Shown here piece by piece: positions 48,331 through 58,095 of a stretch of 64,000 nt of DNA (position 1 is the stretch's first letter; each line of letters starts with the position of its first letter). Made by a program: the position numbers and the translations under genes. The stretch lies in the NCBI GenBank assembly GCA_963666285.1, contig OY762711.1; one strand, 5' to 3'. The notes under the pieces were generated by a model that saw nothing but the letters and a program-made list of their open reading frames with translations, had not been told where the DNA came from and searched no databases. The DNA is from Sedimentisphaerales bacterium (lineage in GTDB: Bacteria > Planctomycetota > Phycisphaerae > Sedimentisphaerales > SM23-30).

Positions 48331-48864
48331 CTATTTTGAATTATCTCTACTTTCTCTTTCTAAAGTAATAGTATTTGTTAGTCGGTAATTGGGGGTATAA
48401 ATAAAGGTCGCTTGTGCGATAATTGTTGATGGTAGGTTTGCAGCTTCAAATTCCATTATATAAGATCTGGTTATCCTGTCCCAGTGAAGCTGGTTCAAAT
48501 CTGAGCTGGTAAGGTCAAACTCGGCATAGCCGGAATCATTTACGGATAATCGCTCGCCCAGGTCTTCCTGGCTTCGGGGTGCTTTTCGATACAATTCTAT
48601 CCGAAAACTGCCTGGTATTTTTAGACTGTCGCCGAAGTTGTCTTGCACTTGGATATAGAGTTTGATACTGCTTTTACCTGTTGATTTCGCATTTCTGAGA
48701 TAGCAGAATGAACTCTGAAATTTGATTTTCATCGGTACAAAGCATGGTGTTTCGCCATCAATTACGATATTGGGCTCACTGCCGCAACCGGCAACCATAA
48801 TCGATGATAGCAGTACAGCTAAGAATAAGACTCTGGATTTTATTTTGTTAAGCCTTTTAATCAT
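48331..48864 (-). CDS. Putative lipoprotein
   Basis: Signal peptide with lipobox VAGC. Confidence 0.75.
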   Translation of the reverse strand: MIKRLNKIKSRVLFLAVLLSSIMVAGCGSEPNIVIDGETPCFVPMKIKFQSSFCYLRNAKSTGKSSIKLYIQVQDNFGDSLKIPGSFRIELYRKAPRSQEDLGERLSVNDSGYAEFDLTSSDLNQLHWDRITRSYIMEFEAANLPSTIIAQATFIYTPNYRLTNTITLERESRDNSK

Positions 48865-49223
48865 AATGTCTTATGCGATTAAAGTCGCATAACTTTCTGT
48901 TAGTGGATTGTTAAGCAATTTTGAAATATGTATTTTACTTATTGTTACAGAATTATCAATGGTTGGTTTTTTCTATTAGTTTTAATAAGTGGTAATTTAG
49001 GTGGTTTGGGCTTGCTTGTTTACAATACTAATGTACTTTTTACTTTTATTTGTTTTCTGTTTTGTTTATTATGTATTTAGAAAATTTTGTGATTGTCTTC
49101 GGCAGAATGTTTATGTGGTGTTCTTGCCGATTTCGAGTGTTATATGGTTTAAGAATGAGTGCTTGAGTGTTTCTGGATGTCTGGCACAATTCTCTATCTA
49201 AATTAATTGATGAGGTACATAAA

Positions 49224-52200
49224 ATGGTTAGATTTTGCACATCTGTAATTTTGTTGTTGGTTTTTGTTGTCTCCGATTCTGTAATGTCTGCTGAGGAACT
49301 AATTTATGATAACAGTAATGCTAATGGATATTATTTTTATCCTGGTAGAAATATGGAGGTGTTGGATTATGGTCGAAGTGCTGGTGGCAATATTACCAGA
49401 TTTAAAATGAGATATTATACTGATAGCAACTACTCGGCTAACGTAATGGTGGAATTTTATAAATACACTACAGACAGCTACGAGGGTAATTTTGTAAAGT
49501 CTTTCTATATTACCGGGCTGCCTCACAACTATGGATTTAATTATCTGGAATATGAGATTCCGGAAAGTCAGCAATTTAATTTACCGGCTGGTAATTTTGG
49601 ATATTCAATGTCTTTTAGCAGGGATGATTATGGCCCGGCATTAGCTTCCGGTGGTACAGGCAGTGATACTTATTTCTGGGCTTGGAATGATCTGTATCAA
49701 GACCTTTGGCTCACGTATTTTGACGGTGTGTGGGGCGGGTTTTATATGCAGGTCTATGCCGGCACTCCCGATATTATTCCTGATCCGAATGTGTGTGATG
49801 TTTCCGGACATGTATTTTATGATGCAAATTCAAATGGGGCAGAAGATTCCAACGAAACCGGGTTAAGCGGACAGGAAATATTCTTGGATTATGACGGAGA
49901 TGGAATATTTGATGCCGGTGAGCCTAATACTGTAACAGACATAAATGGCGATTATGAATTTAATAGTACATTAGCTGACGGCGTCACTTTTGATGTATTA
50001 CCGATTCTGGAAGATGGCTGGTTTATTACTTACCCTTCTTCAGGTTCTTATTATATTGATCCCGACCCTAACGGTGTGTATTCCTATCGTGACTTTGGTT
50101 TGTCTGATATTTCTGAGTTAACTCTTTCCGGTGTTGTTGTTATGGAAAATGATGAACCGGTTAGTGGTGTTCGTGTTGAGGCTTATTATGGTTCTGGTTC
50201 GTTTACTGCGTCTGGTATATATGATATTACCGATGAAAATGGATTGTATTCGATCTCTGTAGCATCTCCTTTTACTGGTAAACTGGTTGCTTCCAAAACC
50301 AGGTACGCTCAAACATCTTCATCATTTATATATGTTAATGCTGTTGATAGTGCTATTGAGGATATTGAAATACAATATGTCTTCAGTGGAGGATCCGGTG
50401 AGCCTGAAAATCCATATTTGATCTATTCTGCCGAAGATCTGAATATGATAAATATACCTGATATCGATCTTCCGGAAGATAGTAAACTTACCAAACATTA
50501 TAAACAAATGGCTGATATCGATTTGTCTGCCTATACAGGTGATTCTTTTAATGTAATAGGTTCACAGGCTTATCCGTTTGGTGGTTCATATGATGGTAAC
50601 AATAAAACAATATCTAATTTTACATATGCTAAAGCTGGCAGCATTGTTGGCTTATTTCCTGTTGCAAATATTGAAGGTGTTGAAATTAAAAATTTGAACC
50701 TCTTAAATCCTGTTGTTTGGGGAGATGGTAATTATCAGGGTATTATAGTTGGATTCATGAGTAAAGGTACTATCTCAGACTGTAAAGTTAATGGTGGAAG
50801 TATCCAGGGAGGTACATCTGTTGGAGGTGTTTGTGGCTTAAATTCTTCTTCATCTTTTAATAACTGTTTTTGCTCCGCAAGTGTCACTGGTTCTGAAAGC
50901 GTTGGTGGTATTTGTGGCAGCAGCTATAGTGGCAATTTTTCTTATTGCATCTCTGAAGGTGATGTGACTTCTGGAAAGTATGCCGGAGGTTTATGTTCCT
51001 ATTTACGCCAGGGAACTATAAGTGATTCTTGTGCAACTGGCCAGGTGAATTCTGAACAAGTAGCTGGCGGATTGGTTGGCAGTACTTTTCTAGCAAATAT
51101 ATACAGGTCTTTTGCTGCTGGTGATGTGATTTCTACGAGTGTTACTGTTGGGGGGCTGGTCGGATGGAATGATAAGGATTGTATTATCAGTGATTGTTAT
51201 TCCTCTGGTAATGTTTCCGGAACTGAATATGTTGGTGGAATGGTTGGTTACAATCTTGGTACCATCGAAAGAGGATACTCTATTGGAGAGGTCAACGGTA
51301 CTGATTGGGTCGGTGGAATATGTGGTATGAGTAATCATAGTGTTTATAGCTGCTATTGGGACAAGGACAGTTCTAAAATCCTTAATAGTTATGGCGGTAT
51401 GTCTCGTAGTACCTCTCAAATGAAGCAGGCCTCTACTTTTATCGGCTGGAATAATGATAACTGGAAGATCGCAGAAGGTGCTGATTATCCTGAATTAGCG
51501 TGGCAGGATACTGCTGCCGGTAGCTTGATTACTACAGATTATCCTCAGGCAACCTATGAGGGGGCTGGTACTCTTGCCGATCCATTTGTTCTGGAAGACG
51601 AGAATGATATTATCTCAATGGCTGTTCGTATGCCGGACTGGGACAAGGCCTATAAGCTTGGCTGTGACATTGACATGGTTGGAGTGTCTGGTTATTGCCC
51701 GCCTGTATCTTTTAGTGGTATATTTGATGGTGATGGTTTTTCTATATATAATCTCACTATTAACTCTGACCTGATAGGTAACAGGGCCAATGTTGGCTTT
51801 GTTGGTGTTAATTCTGGCAGTGTTTCCAATCTATATCTTAAAAATATCAATATCATTAATTGTGATCAGGCTGGTGCCGTTTGTGGCGAAAATCAAGGTG
51901 CTATTTCTCTTTGTGCTGCAACTGGTGATATTGCTGGTGGAGGTTCTCTTGGTGGTATTTGCGGTTTGAATTATTATGAGCCGGCTGAAATCACTAATTG
52001 TTATTGTTCTGTCAAAATTACCGGTCAGGACTATCTTGGTGGTTTGTGTGGTGATAACCGTAATAGTATTTCTTATTGTTATTCAACAGGTGAGGTTGGC
52101 GGTTCTGGTGAAAACGTCGGCGGTTTCTGCGGATACGGCAATGCTGTAAGTTGTTTCTGGGATGTCGACGCATCTAAAACCTTGACAAGTCCTGGTGGTG

Positions 52201-52487
52201 TAGGGCTTTCAATGGTTCAGATGCAGGATATTGACAACTATCTTAGTGCTGATTGGGATTTTATTGGTGAAACCGCAAATGGCTCCGATGATACCTGGAA
52301 AATGTTTGGTTATCCTGTTTTCAGCTGGCAGGATATAGATATGAACGAGTTTACTAATCTGGCGGCTTATTGGAATCTGACAAACTGTGGTAGTGGTAAT
52401 GAATGCCAGGCAGCCGATTATAATGGCGATTCAATAGTAAATATTCAGGACCTGATTTTATTCGCTGAAAACTGGCTGTGCCAATAA
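49224..52487 (+). CDS. Large secreted GLUG-repeat protein with SdrD-B-like domain and dockerin-like C-terminus
   Basis: GAGG then ATG at 49224; signal peptide; VSGHVFYDANSNG; many VGG(L/I)(V/C)G repeats; GSG....PY and C-terminal ADYNGDSIVNIQDL. Confidence 0.85.
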   Translation: MVRFCTSVILLLVFVVSDSVMSAEELIYDNSNANGYYFYPGRNMEVLDYGRSAGGNITRFKMRYYTDSNYSANVMVEFYKYTTDSYEGNFVKSFYITGLPHNYGFNYLEYEIPESQQFNLPAGNFGYSMSFSRDDYGPALASGGTGSDTYFWAWNDLYQDLWLTYFDGVWGGFYMQVYAGTPDIIPDPNVCDVSGHVFYDANSNGAEDSNETGLSGQEIFLDYDGDGIFDAGEPNTVTDINGDYEFNSTLADGVTFDVLPILEDGWFITYPSSGSYYIDPDPNGVYSYRDFGLSDISELTLSGVVVMENDEPVSGVRVEAYYGSGSFTASGIYDITDENGLYSISVASPFTGKLVASKTRYAQTSSSFIYVNAVDSAIEDIEIQYVFSGGSGEPENPYLIYSAEDLNMINIPDIDLPEDSKLTKHYKQMADIDLSAYTGDSFNVIGSQAYPFGGSYDGNNKTISNFTYAKAGSIVGLFPVANIEGVEIKNLNLLNPVVWGDGNYQGIIVGFMSKGTISDCKVNGGSIQGGTSVGGVCGLNSSSSFNNCFCSASVTGSESVGGICGSSYSGNFSYCISEGDVTSGKYAGGLCSYLRQGTISDSCATGQVNSEQVAGGLVGSTFLANIYRSFAAGDVISTSVTVGGLVGWNDKDCIISDCYSSGNVSGTEYVGGMVGYNLGTIERGYSIGEVNGTDWVGGICGMSNHSVYSCYWDKDSSKILNSYGGMSRSTSQMKQASTFIGWNNDNWKIAEGADYPELAWQDTAAGSLITTDYPQATYEGAGTLADPFVLEDENDIISMAVRMPDWDKAYKLGCDIDMVGVSGYCPPVSFSGIFDGDGFSIYNLTINSDLIGNRANVGFVGVNSGSVSNLYLKNINIINCDQAGAVCGENQGAISLCAATGDIAGGGSLGGICGLNYYEPAEITNCYCSVKITGQDYLGGLCGDNRNSISYCYSTGEVGGSGENVGGFCGYGNAVSCFWDVDASKTLTSPGGVGLSMVQMQDIDNYLSADWDFIGETANGSDDTWKMFGYPVFSWQDIDMNEFTNLAAYWNLTNCGSGNECQAADYNGDSIVNIQDLILFAENWLCQ

Positions 52488-52556
52488 GTATAAACGCAAC
52501 ATAAAAAGCTAGAATACGACAATAGTTTGTTTTGTAAGAAATGTTCTAGATTTTTC

Positions 52557-52585
52557 TTGTAATTAACTGGCATAATTCGTACAAT
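52557..52585 (+). promoter_or_regulatory. Sigma70-like promoter pointing into a non-coding hairpin
   Basis: TTGTAA-N17-TACAAT; no + strand CDS follows. Confidence 0.4.
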
Positions 52586-52591
52586 TAATAC

Positions 52592-52659
52592 AAGTGTCAA
52601 TTTTAGCGGCTGCGAAAGACGTCTTTCTCCCAGGGGCGTTTTTCCGCCGCAACTTTTTT
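52592..52659 (+). ncRNA. Candidate small RNA, or a long terminator hairpin
   Basis: GC-rich interrupted hairpin at 52606-52650 with G-U pairs valid on the + strand, a CTCCC loop, and T6 after it. Confidence 0.35.
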
Positions 52660-52817
52660 ATTTATAGTTACTTATGTGTGTTTATTGTTCCCGTTTTTTG
52701 TTTTGGAAATGCTTTTAGCCTTTATAGGTGTTTTTGCTTGAAATATTATTGGACGTGAGGTTTAGGTGAAAAGTAAATCTCTGATTATTGCTTTATAGTC
52801 ATATTTGACCGGGTATT

Positions 52818-53678
52818 TTATCCGCATATTATCTTACTTATCGCTATGAATTGCTCAATAGTCAGTTTTTCTGCTCGCAATTCCGGAGAGATCCCGGCAT
52901 TGCGGATTTTTTCGACCAGTTGAGCTTTATTGTCACCTTTGGGAAGGCAGCTTTGCAGCTGTTTTCGCCTTTTGCCAAAGAGCAGATCGGTTGTCTGCTT
53001 TAGAGCTTCGATTTCTGTGTTATTTAACCTGTCATTGCGTATCCAACTTATTATCGCCGAGTTAATCTTAGGAGCCGGCCAGAATGACTGTGGTTTAAGT
53101 GTACGGACTTTATTGACTTCTCCTGTTGCTCCCAGTATTACAGATATCTTACCGTAATCTGAAGAGTTTTCGGGGCCTGATGCCATACGGTCTGCCACTT
53201 CTTCCTGTACCGTCACACTCATCCCGTCCAGTGGTGGGTTTTCTGTTATCAGGTTAATTATTAGTGGTGATGCTACATTATAGGGAAGATTTGCTACCAG
53301 CAGAAATCTGCCGGAACACAACTGTTTTTTCTCTTTTACTAATGCCATCACTTCCGGAGCTAGTTTACTTTTTTTGGCCAGGATATCTGTATGGATAAAG
53401 CTGACATTTTCGATATTTGCCAGTTCCCGGCTTGCTATTGTATGCATATCCGGATCGATATCTACTGCCACAACCTGTCCGCTCCGATCTGCCAGCAGAC
53501 TGGTAAGAGAACCGGTACCATGGCCTACTTCTAGTACCAGGTCTTCCTTGCATATCTCGATACTGTCTGGCACCATCTGCATAAGGTTCAGGTCTATTAG
53601 AAAGTTCTGTCCCCATTTATGGTGAGGATGCGTTCCGAGCTCGGCTAGAAATTGTTCTATTTGCTGTTTTGTATGCAC
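52818..53678 (-). CDS. rsmA: 16S rRNA m6,2A dimethyltransferase
   Basis: GQNFL, VLEVG.GTG.LT, ANLPY, Q.EVADR and RAEKL motifs. Confidence 0.95.
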   Translation of the reverse strand: MHTKQQIEQFLAELGTHPHHKWGQNFLIDLNLMQMVPDSIEICKEDLVLEVGHGTGSLTSLLADRSGQVVAVDIDPDMHTIASRELANIENVSFIHTDILAKKSKLAPEVMALVKEKKQLCSGRFLLVANLPYNVASPLIINLITENPPLDGMSVTVQEEVADRMASGPENSSDYGKISVILGATGEVNKVRTLKPQSFWPAPKINSAIISWIRNDRLNNTEIEALKQTTDLLFGKRRKQLQSCLPKGDNKAQLVEKIRNAGISPELRAEKLTIEQFIAISKIICG

Positions 53679-53711
53679 GGTAATTTTTTACTGTAGATTG
53701 GTTATAAATAA

Positions 53712-54347
53712 TTATAATCCCGGCTTAATCCTGTAAGCTGCCTGGATTAGTTGCTCAGTTGTATTGATTTCAGGGTCAGCTTGCATAGCTCTGGATATCA
53801 GGTCTTGTGCAGCACCGGCATTTTCTCCCAGCTGGATCAATACTTCCATTGCCTCTTTTTCTATGTTGCTTAACAGCTTTGGTGCCTTGCCTGGTTTATG
53901 TTCCGGCATATCGGCAAAATCTCCTAATTTACCTTTAAGTTCTGCTATTATCTGTTCGGCTGTTCGTTTACCGATTTCCGGCAGAGTTTTGAGCATCGCT
54001 GCATCACCGGACTCTATCGACCATGCTATATTGCCCGGTCGCTGAGCCATTGCCCGCAAGGCCTTTTTCATGCCGATTCCCTTAACGCTGGTAAATTTCA
54101 AAAAGAAATCTTTATCTGCTGGTTGTGGAAATCCAACTATTCTGGGTATAAAACTGCTCGCATTTGCGGAGTTACCCTCATAAAACTCCAATGTATAAAG
54201 TGTTATCTCGTGGTTTATCATCATGCTGAGTTCGCTGATGGTATAACCCGGTGCCAGTACTTCATAACATATGGGGCCAACCTCTACCAGCAGGGTATTG
54301 GTTTTACTGTCGAGCTCAAGTAATTTTCCGGTTAATCTTGCTATCAT
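53712..54347 (-). CDS. ruvA: Holliday junction DNA helicase subunit RuvA
   Basis: MIARLTGKL; HhH motifs VKGIG and PEIGKRTAEQIIAELKGK; domain III. Confidence 0.92.
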   Translation of the reverse strand: MIARLTGKLLELDSKTNTLLVEVGPICYEVLAPGYTISELSMMINHEITLYTLEFYEGNSANASSFIPRIVGFPQPADKDFFLKFTSVKGIGMKKALRAMAQRPGNIAWSIESGDAAMLKTLPEIGKRTAEQIIAELKGKLGDFADMPEHKPGKAPKLLSNIEKEAMEVLIQLGENAGAAQDLISRAMQADPEINTTEQLIQAAYRIKPGL

Positions 54348-54437
54348 AATATTTCAAGTATATGCTTATCTTTAAGTTCTTAATGCCTTATTATATCGTT
54401 TTACATGTATTTGTATACAGTTCTTTTTTGGAGATTG

Positions 54438-55685
54438 TTAAACGTGTATTTTGATTATTTCGTCCCAGTTTGTAGTGTATCTACCGGATTTATACTGTGT
54501 GTTTGACTGCCACTTGTCATCCAGTGTTTCACTGGCAAAGTTTATACTGTGTCTGCTCCTGGAATTGATCTTATCTATAACTTTCATTAATCGAGATGAT
54601 TTATCCCGGTCCATTTCATCAAAAAGGGTGCCTTGAACTTTATCTGCCGGTATAAGTGCTGACAGAAGTACACCTGCCTTTACGTATTCTTTTCCTTCGC
54701 AGTAAATGGGTTTCAGTATTCTATTAGCTTCAGTAATAATTTCCGCACTGTCGCACGTAGATGTTTCAAATTCTGTTGTTGCCGAATCATAATACCTGTC
54801 TTCTTTGAAGCGATTAGTCGTAACCATTACCGATATGAGACCTGCGGCCTGGTTGCCGGCTCTTAGCTTTTCCCCGGCCCTCGCTGCAAATCGGCTCACT
54901 GCCGCTGAAAGTGATTCAAGGTTGTTTACTGGTTTGCCAAATGTACGTGATACTGCAATGCTTTTTCTTGCCGGTGGTATGGTGTCTATTTCAAAACAGC
55001 TTAGCCCTCGCAGTTCGTGAACCGTTCTAAGAGTCATAATATTGAAGCGATTTAATATCCATTTATCGTCCATGTCACGAAGCTGAAGGGCGGTGAATAT
55101 CCCGGATTTATTCAATTTGGCACTTATGCGTCGGCCAATTCCCCATATGTCTTCCACTCTTGTCTGTTCTAGTGCCTGGTCATAATAGGGGCTGTTAGCA
55201 AGGTCTAAGACTCCATTGGCTTTTGATGATTTCTTGGCGATATTTGCCGCGACCTTTGCGATAGTTTTGGTTGGGCCTATACCGATTGAAACCGGTATCC
55301 CCGTCCACTTCATTACTGTCTCTTGTATCTCTCTGCATATTGAAGAATTATTTGCACTGTCGAGAAGTGTGATAAAAGCCTCGTCAATTGAGTAAACCTC
55401 TACTTCAGGGGAAAAATGTGAAAGAGTATGCATTACTCTCTGGGACATATTGCCATATAGGGCATAGTTAGAGGAAAACACGGAAACTCCGGCCTGGTAG
55501 ATAAGGCTTCTAACTTTGAACAGGGGGGTACCCATTGCTATACCCATAGCTTTAATCTCGTTGGAACGAGCTACTATGCAGCCGTCATTATTGCTTAATA
55601 CCACTACCGGGCGGTTTTGCAGGTCAGGCCTGAATACCCGTTCGCAAGAGACATAAAAATTGTTGCAATCTACTAGTGCGATCAT
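54438..55685 (-). CDS. umuC: Y-family DNA polymerase V subunit UmuC
   Basis: [36 protein letters not shown]-terminal YTTNW. Confidence 0.95.
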   Translation of the reverse strand: MIALVDCNNFYVSCERVFRPDLQNRPVVVLSNNDGCIVARSNEIKAMGIAMGTPLFKVRSLIYQAGVSVFSSNYALYGNMSQRVMHTLSHFSPEVEVYSIDEAFITLLDSANNSSICREIQETVMKWTGIPVSIGIGPTKTIAKVAANIAKKSSKANGVLDLANSPYYDQALEQTRVEDIWGIGRRISAKLNKSGIFTALQLRDMDDKWILNRFNIMTLRTVHELRGLSCFEIDTIPPARKSIAVSRTFGKPVNNLESLSAAVSRFAARAGEKLRAGNQAAGLISVMVTTNRFKEDRYYDSATTEFETSTCDSAEIITEANRILKPIYCEGKEYVKAGVLLSALIPADKVQGTLFDEMDRDKSSRLMKVIDKINSRSRHSINFASETLDDKWQSNTQYKSGRYTTNWDEIIKIHV

Positions 55686-55694
55686 TTTGCAGGA

Positions 55695-56126
55695 TTAAAG
55701 CTTATGTATGACATTAGTTACAACTCCCCATATCTGAAAATCCATATCTTCATGTATTTCCTGTGGGGCATATTCTTCATTTTCCGGTTCGAGGATGAGC
55801 TTATTCTTATATTTCATTAGACGCTTAACTGTTAATTCACCATCTATCGCCGCTATTACCACACTGCGATTTACCGCCTCCAGGCTTCGGTCAACTACCA
55901 GCATATCACCGTCATGGATACCGGCATTAATCATCGAGTTTCCTGTCACACGCACAAAAAAAGTTGCTGCCTGGTTACGGATAAGATATTTGTTAAGATC
56001 AAGCTTACCTTCCTGGTAGTCATCTGCTGGCGAAGGAAATCCAGCTGACACTTTTGCGACATACACCGGCTGAGGACTCGCTGTTCTATCATCTGCTCTA
56101 TAGATGCTTTTTATCCTAATGCTCAT
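55695..56126 (-). CDS. umuD: DNA polymerase V subunit UmuD (S24 peptidase)
   Basis: AGFPSPA cleavage region, GNSM catalytic Ser and TVKR catalytic Lys; ATG at 56126 overlaps the upstream gene. Confidence 0.93.
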   Translation of the reverse strand: MSIRIKSIYRADDRTASPQPVYVAKVSAGFPSPADDYQEGKLDLNKYLIRNQAATFFVRVTGNSMINAGIHDGDMLVVDRSLEAVNRSVVIAAIDGELTVKRLMKYKNKLILEPENEEYAPQEIHEDMDFQIWGVVTNVIHKL

Positions 56127-56748
56127 CGTAATCTTCCAACTTGAAGCTATAGACAAATTCTTTAAGCGGCATCATGCTCTTTTTGTCGAAGTCATGCCTG
56201 AATGTCGGCAGTTCATCCCATGCGGCTTTCGGACTCTTGCCGTTATACTTTATCTCGTATAATGCTACCATTACCCCTGTTCTTACAACTCCCTGTTCGC
56301 AATGTAGTAAAACCGGATGGTTGGCCGGGTCGTCCATTATCTCAAACCATTTTTTTACATCTGCTTCTGTCGGCAAATCCTTACCCTTGATTGGAATGTG
56401 ATAGAAATTCAAATTGTTTTCTTTACAGAAGTTTTTTTCATTTTCATACCAGTTGACCTCCCAGTCTCCTTCTGTTTGCAAACGCATACTCACAATTGAC
56501 TTAATCCCGTATTTCTTGGCAACATATTCCAGGTTGTACGGTCGCAGCGATCCGCAGCGATACAGGACATCATCCTTGACTGTTTTGAAATGGTATGGTC
56601 CCAGCTTATGCCTGGCGACAAAAAACAAGGTGATTCCAACTATCAAAATGATAGCGATTAAGTGGCCTTTATTAATGCCTTTCTTACCTGTTTTTATTGG
56701 CTCAGAATCATTAGGGCTTTCTAGTTTAGGTTCATTATTTTCTGGCAT
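56116..56748 (-). CDS. Membrane-anchored dual-specificity / tyrosine phosphatase family protein
   Basis: TM helix; HCEQGVVRTG is a CX5R P-loop. Confidence 0.88.
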   Translation of the reverse strand: MPENNEPKLESPNDSEPIKTGKKGINKGHLIAIILIVGITLFFVARHKLGPYHFKTVKDDVLYRCGSLRPYNLEYVAKKYGIKSIVSMRLQTEGDWEVNWYENEKNFCKENNLNFYHIPIKGKDLPTEADVKKWFEIMDDPANHPVLLHCEQGVVRTGVMVALYEIKYNGKSPKAAWDELPTFRHDFDKKSMMPLKEFVYSFKLEDYDEH

Positions 56749-56765
56749 TTACTTTTCCTGTTTAT

Positions 56766-57722
56766 CTATTTGTTTCTGAATATTCGTTTTTTTATCGCTT
56801 TTGTGATATTTTCTGGCTCGACTCTTATCTCTCGGATTATAGCCTGCAATCTGGCGCAAAGCATAGTAAATCCGTTTGCCTTATTGCCAAATTCTATCAT
56901 CTTGTGATAAGCAGCTACGTCACAGGTGCATACCGGGGAAAGGCATGGCATTGCGGACTTATATAATGCAAAGGTTTTATCAGGGATACTGCCTAGCTTA
57001 CCGCCTAGCTGCGGCATCCAGCATCTGTACGCTTTGCCGTCGATATTAACCGCAATAAAATTATACCCCGTTCGGCATATTGTGCTGCATAACTGGTTGT
57101 TTTTGTCGTCAACCTTTTTCTTTTTGTCTTTATATATATGCTTGACGATTCTATCTGAATATTGGACAAACTTACCATCATCTACACAATGGCGGAAATG
57201 GAAAGTTACTCCTCTTTCTGACAGCCTCTTCTCCATCTCGCATAAATCTTCAAAATTTTCTTCCGTAACAACTGCGGATACTGTAAATCTGCACGTGTCA
57301 GATTTATGCCCCTGGAACCAGGCACATTTCTCTACGAAATCATCCCGGTCTTTAACCTGTTGTATGTGCAGGCTTGCATTCATCAGGTTGAGTTTATCAC
57401 CGGTAGCTTCGAGATATTCTTCAAGTTTCTTTTGCGAACACGAAAAATTTGTTGTCAAACTTAATGTGTGTCCCATGTCGGCTATTGCTTTACTGATCTC
57501 GATAAACCTTGGATGTACAAAAGGCTCTCCTCCAATGAGTTTTACATGGCAGCTGCCGTCTAAACTGCCAAATAGATTTAGCATACTTTCAGTTACACTG
57601 TCTGGGCTATGCTTATTATCTTTTGTGTTCTGGGTGTTGCTGCAGCAATATTCACATGCATAATTACACCTGGTAGTAAGCATCCATTCAATGCACTTTA
57701 TTGGCAATTTTGTATCTTTCAT
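56766..57722 (-). CDS. Radical SAM protein with Cys-rich (twitch/SPASM-like) C-terminus
   Basis: CNYACEYC (CxxxCxxC); GGEP; TTN; C-terminal C..G...DG.AYRC...C....C.C. Confidence 0.88.
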   Translation of the reverse strand: MKDTKLPIKCIEWMLTTRCNYACEYCCSNTQNTKDNKHSPDSVTESMLNLFGSLDGSCHVKLIGGEPFVHPRFIEISKAIADMGHTLSLTTNFSCSQKKLEEYLEATGDKLNLMNASLHIQQVKDRDDFVEKCAWFQGHKSDTCRFTVSAVVTEENFEDLCEMEKRLSERGVTFHFRHCVDDGKFVQYSDRIVKHIYKDKKKKVDDKNNQLCSTICRTGYNFIAVNIDGKAYRCWMPQLGGKLGSIPDKTFALYKSAMPCLSPVCTCDVAAYHKMIEFGNKANGFTMLCARLQAIIREIRVEPENITKAIKKRIFRNK

Positions 57723-57769
57723 TTTTATCTGGATTTATGACTGATATTCTTTTTATTGTCTCTGCTCCA

Positions 57770-57995
57770 AGTTTACTTTCGCAGTTTTTAAGTTGCGATA
57801 AGGAAGTGCCTCTGGTAAATCGTCTAAAAGGACTTCCTGCAACGCTTTGATTTTAAACTAAGTATGAGACGATAGTCGAATACCTTAATTTTTCATTATT
57901 CATTTTTCACTTAATTGGCCCTGTTCTGGCCTTTGCGTGTAATGTTGAACAGTCAAAAGTACGCTATGCATATGATGCGAAGCATAAACCGCACC
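57770..57995 (+). repeat. Dispersed structured intergenic element, copy 3 (extended terminal hairpin)
   Basis: AGTTTACTTTCGCAGTTTTTAAGTTGCG...GTGTAATGTTGAACAGTCAAAAGT...CCGCAC aligns with copies 1 and 2. Confidence 0.85.
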
Positions 57996-58017
57996 TCCAA
58001 TATAGCTGCTGTAAAAT

Positions 58018-58057
58018 AAAAAAACCGCAGCCATCAGTGTGATATGCTACGGTTTTT
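58018..58057 (-). terminator. Intrinsic, probably bidirectional, terminator after serC
   Basis: AAAAACCG / CGGTTTTT arms around an inner hairpin; A run on one side, T run on the other. Confidence 0.75.
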
Positions 58058-58095
58058 GTCGTTATTAGTAAAGAAAATTATACTTCAGGGCTGTT

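Noticed and set aside
48856..48892. dif-like XerCD site (TTTAATCATAA-TGTC-TTATGCGA)
   Set aside because: The spacer is 4 bp rather than 6, the XerD-like arm is imperfect, and it overlaps a start codon.
52606..52650. Hairpin as SRP (4.5S) RNA or tRNA
   Set aside because: Lacks the SRP domain IV motif with its GGAA tetraloop and cannot form a cloverleaf.
54438..56126. umuDC as a marker of a prophage or ICE
   Set aside because: Flanked by ruvA/rsmA and serC, with no integrase, phage or conjugation genes in the window.
56926..57663. 245-aa plus-strand ORF and other long shadow ORFs (e.g. 703-1146, 44891-45451, 42218-42772, 62722-63231)
   Set aside because: Antisense or alternative-frame overlaps of well-supported genes, with no motifs of their own.
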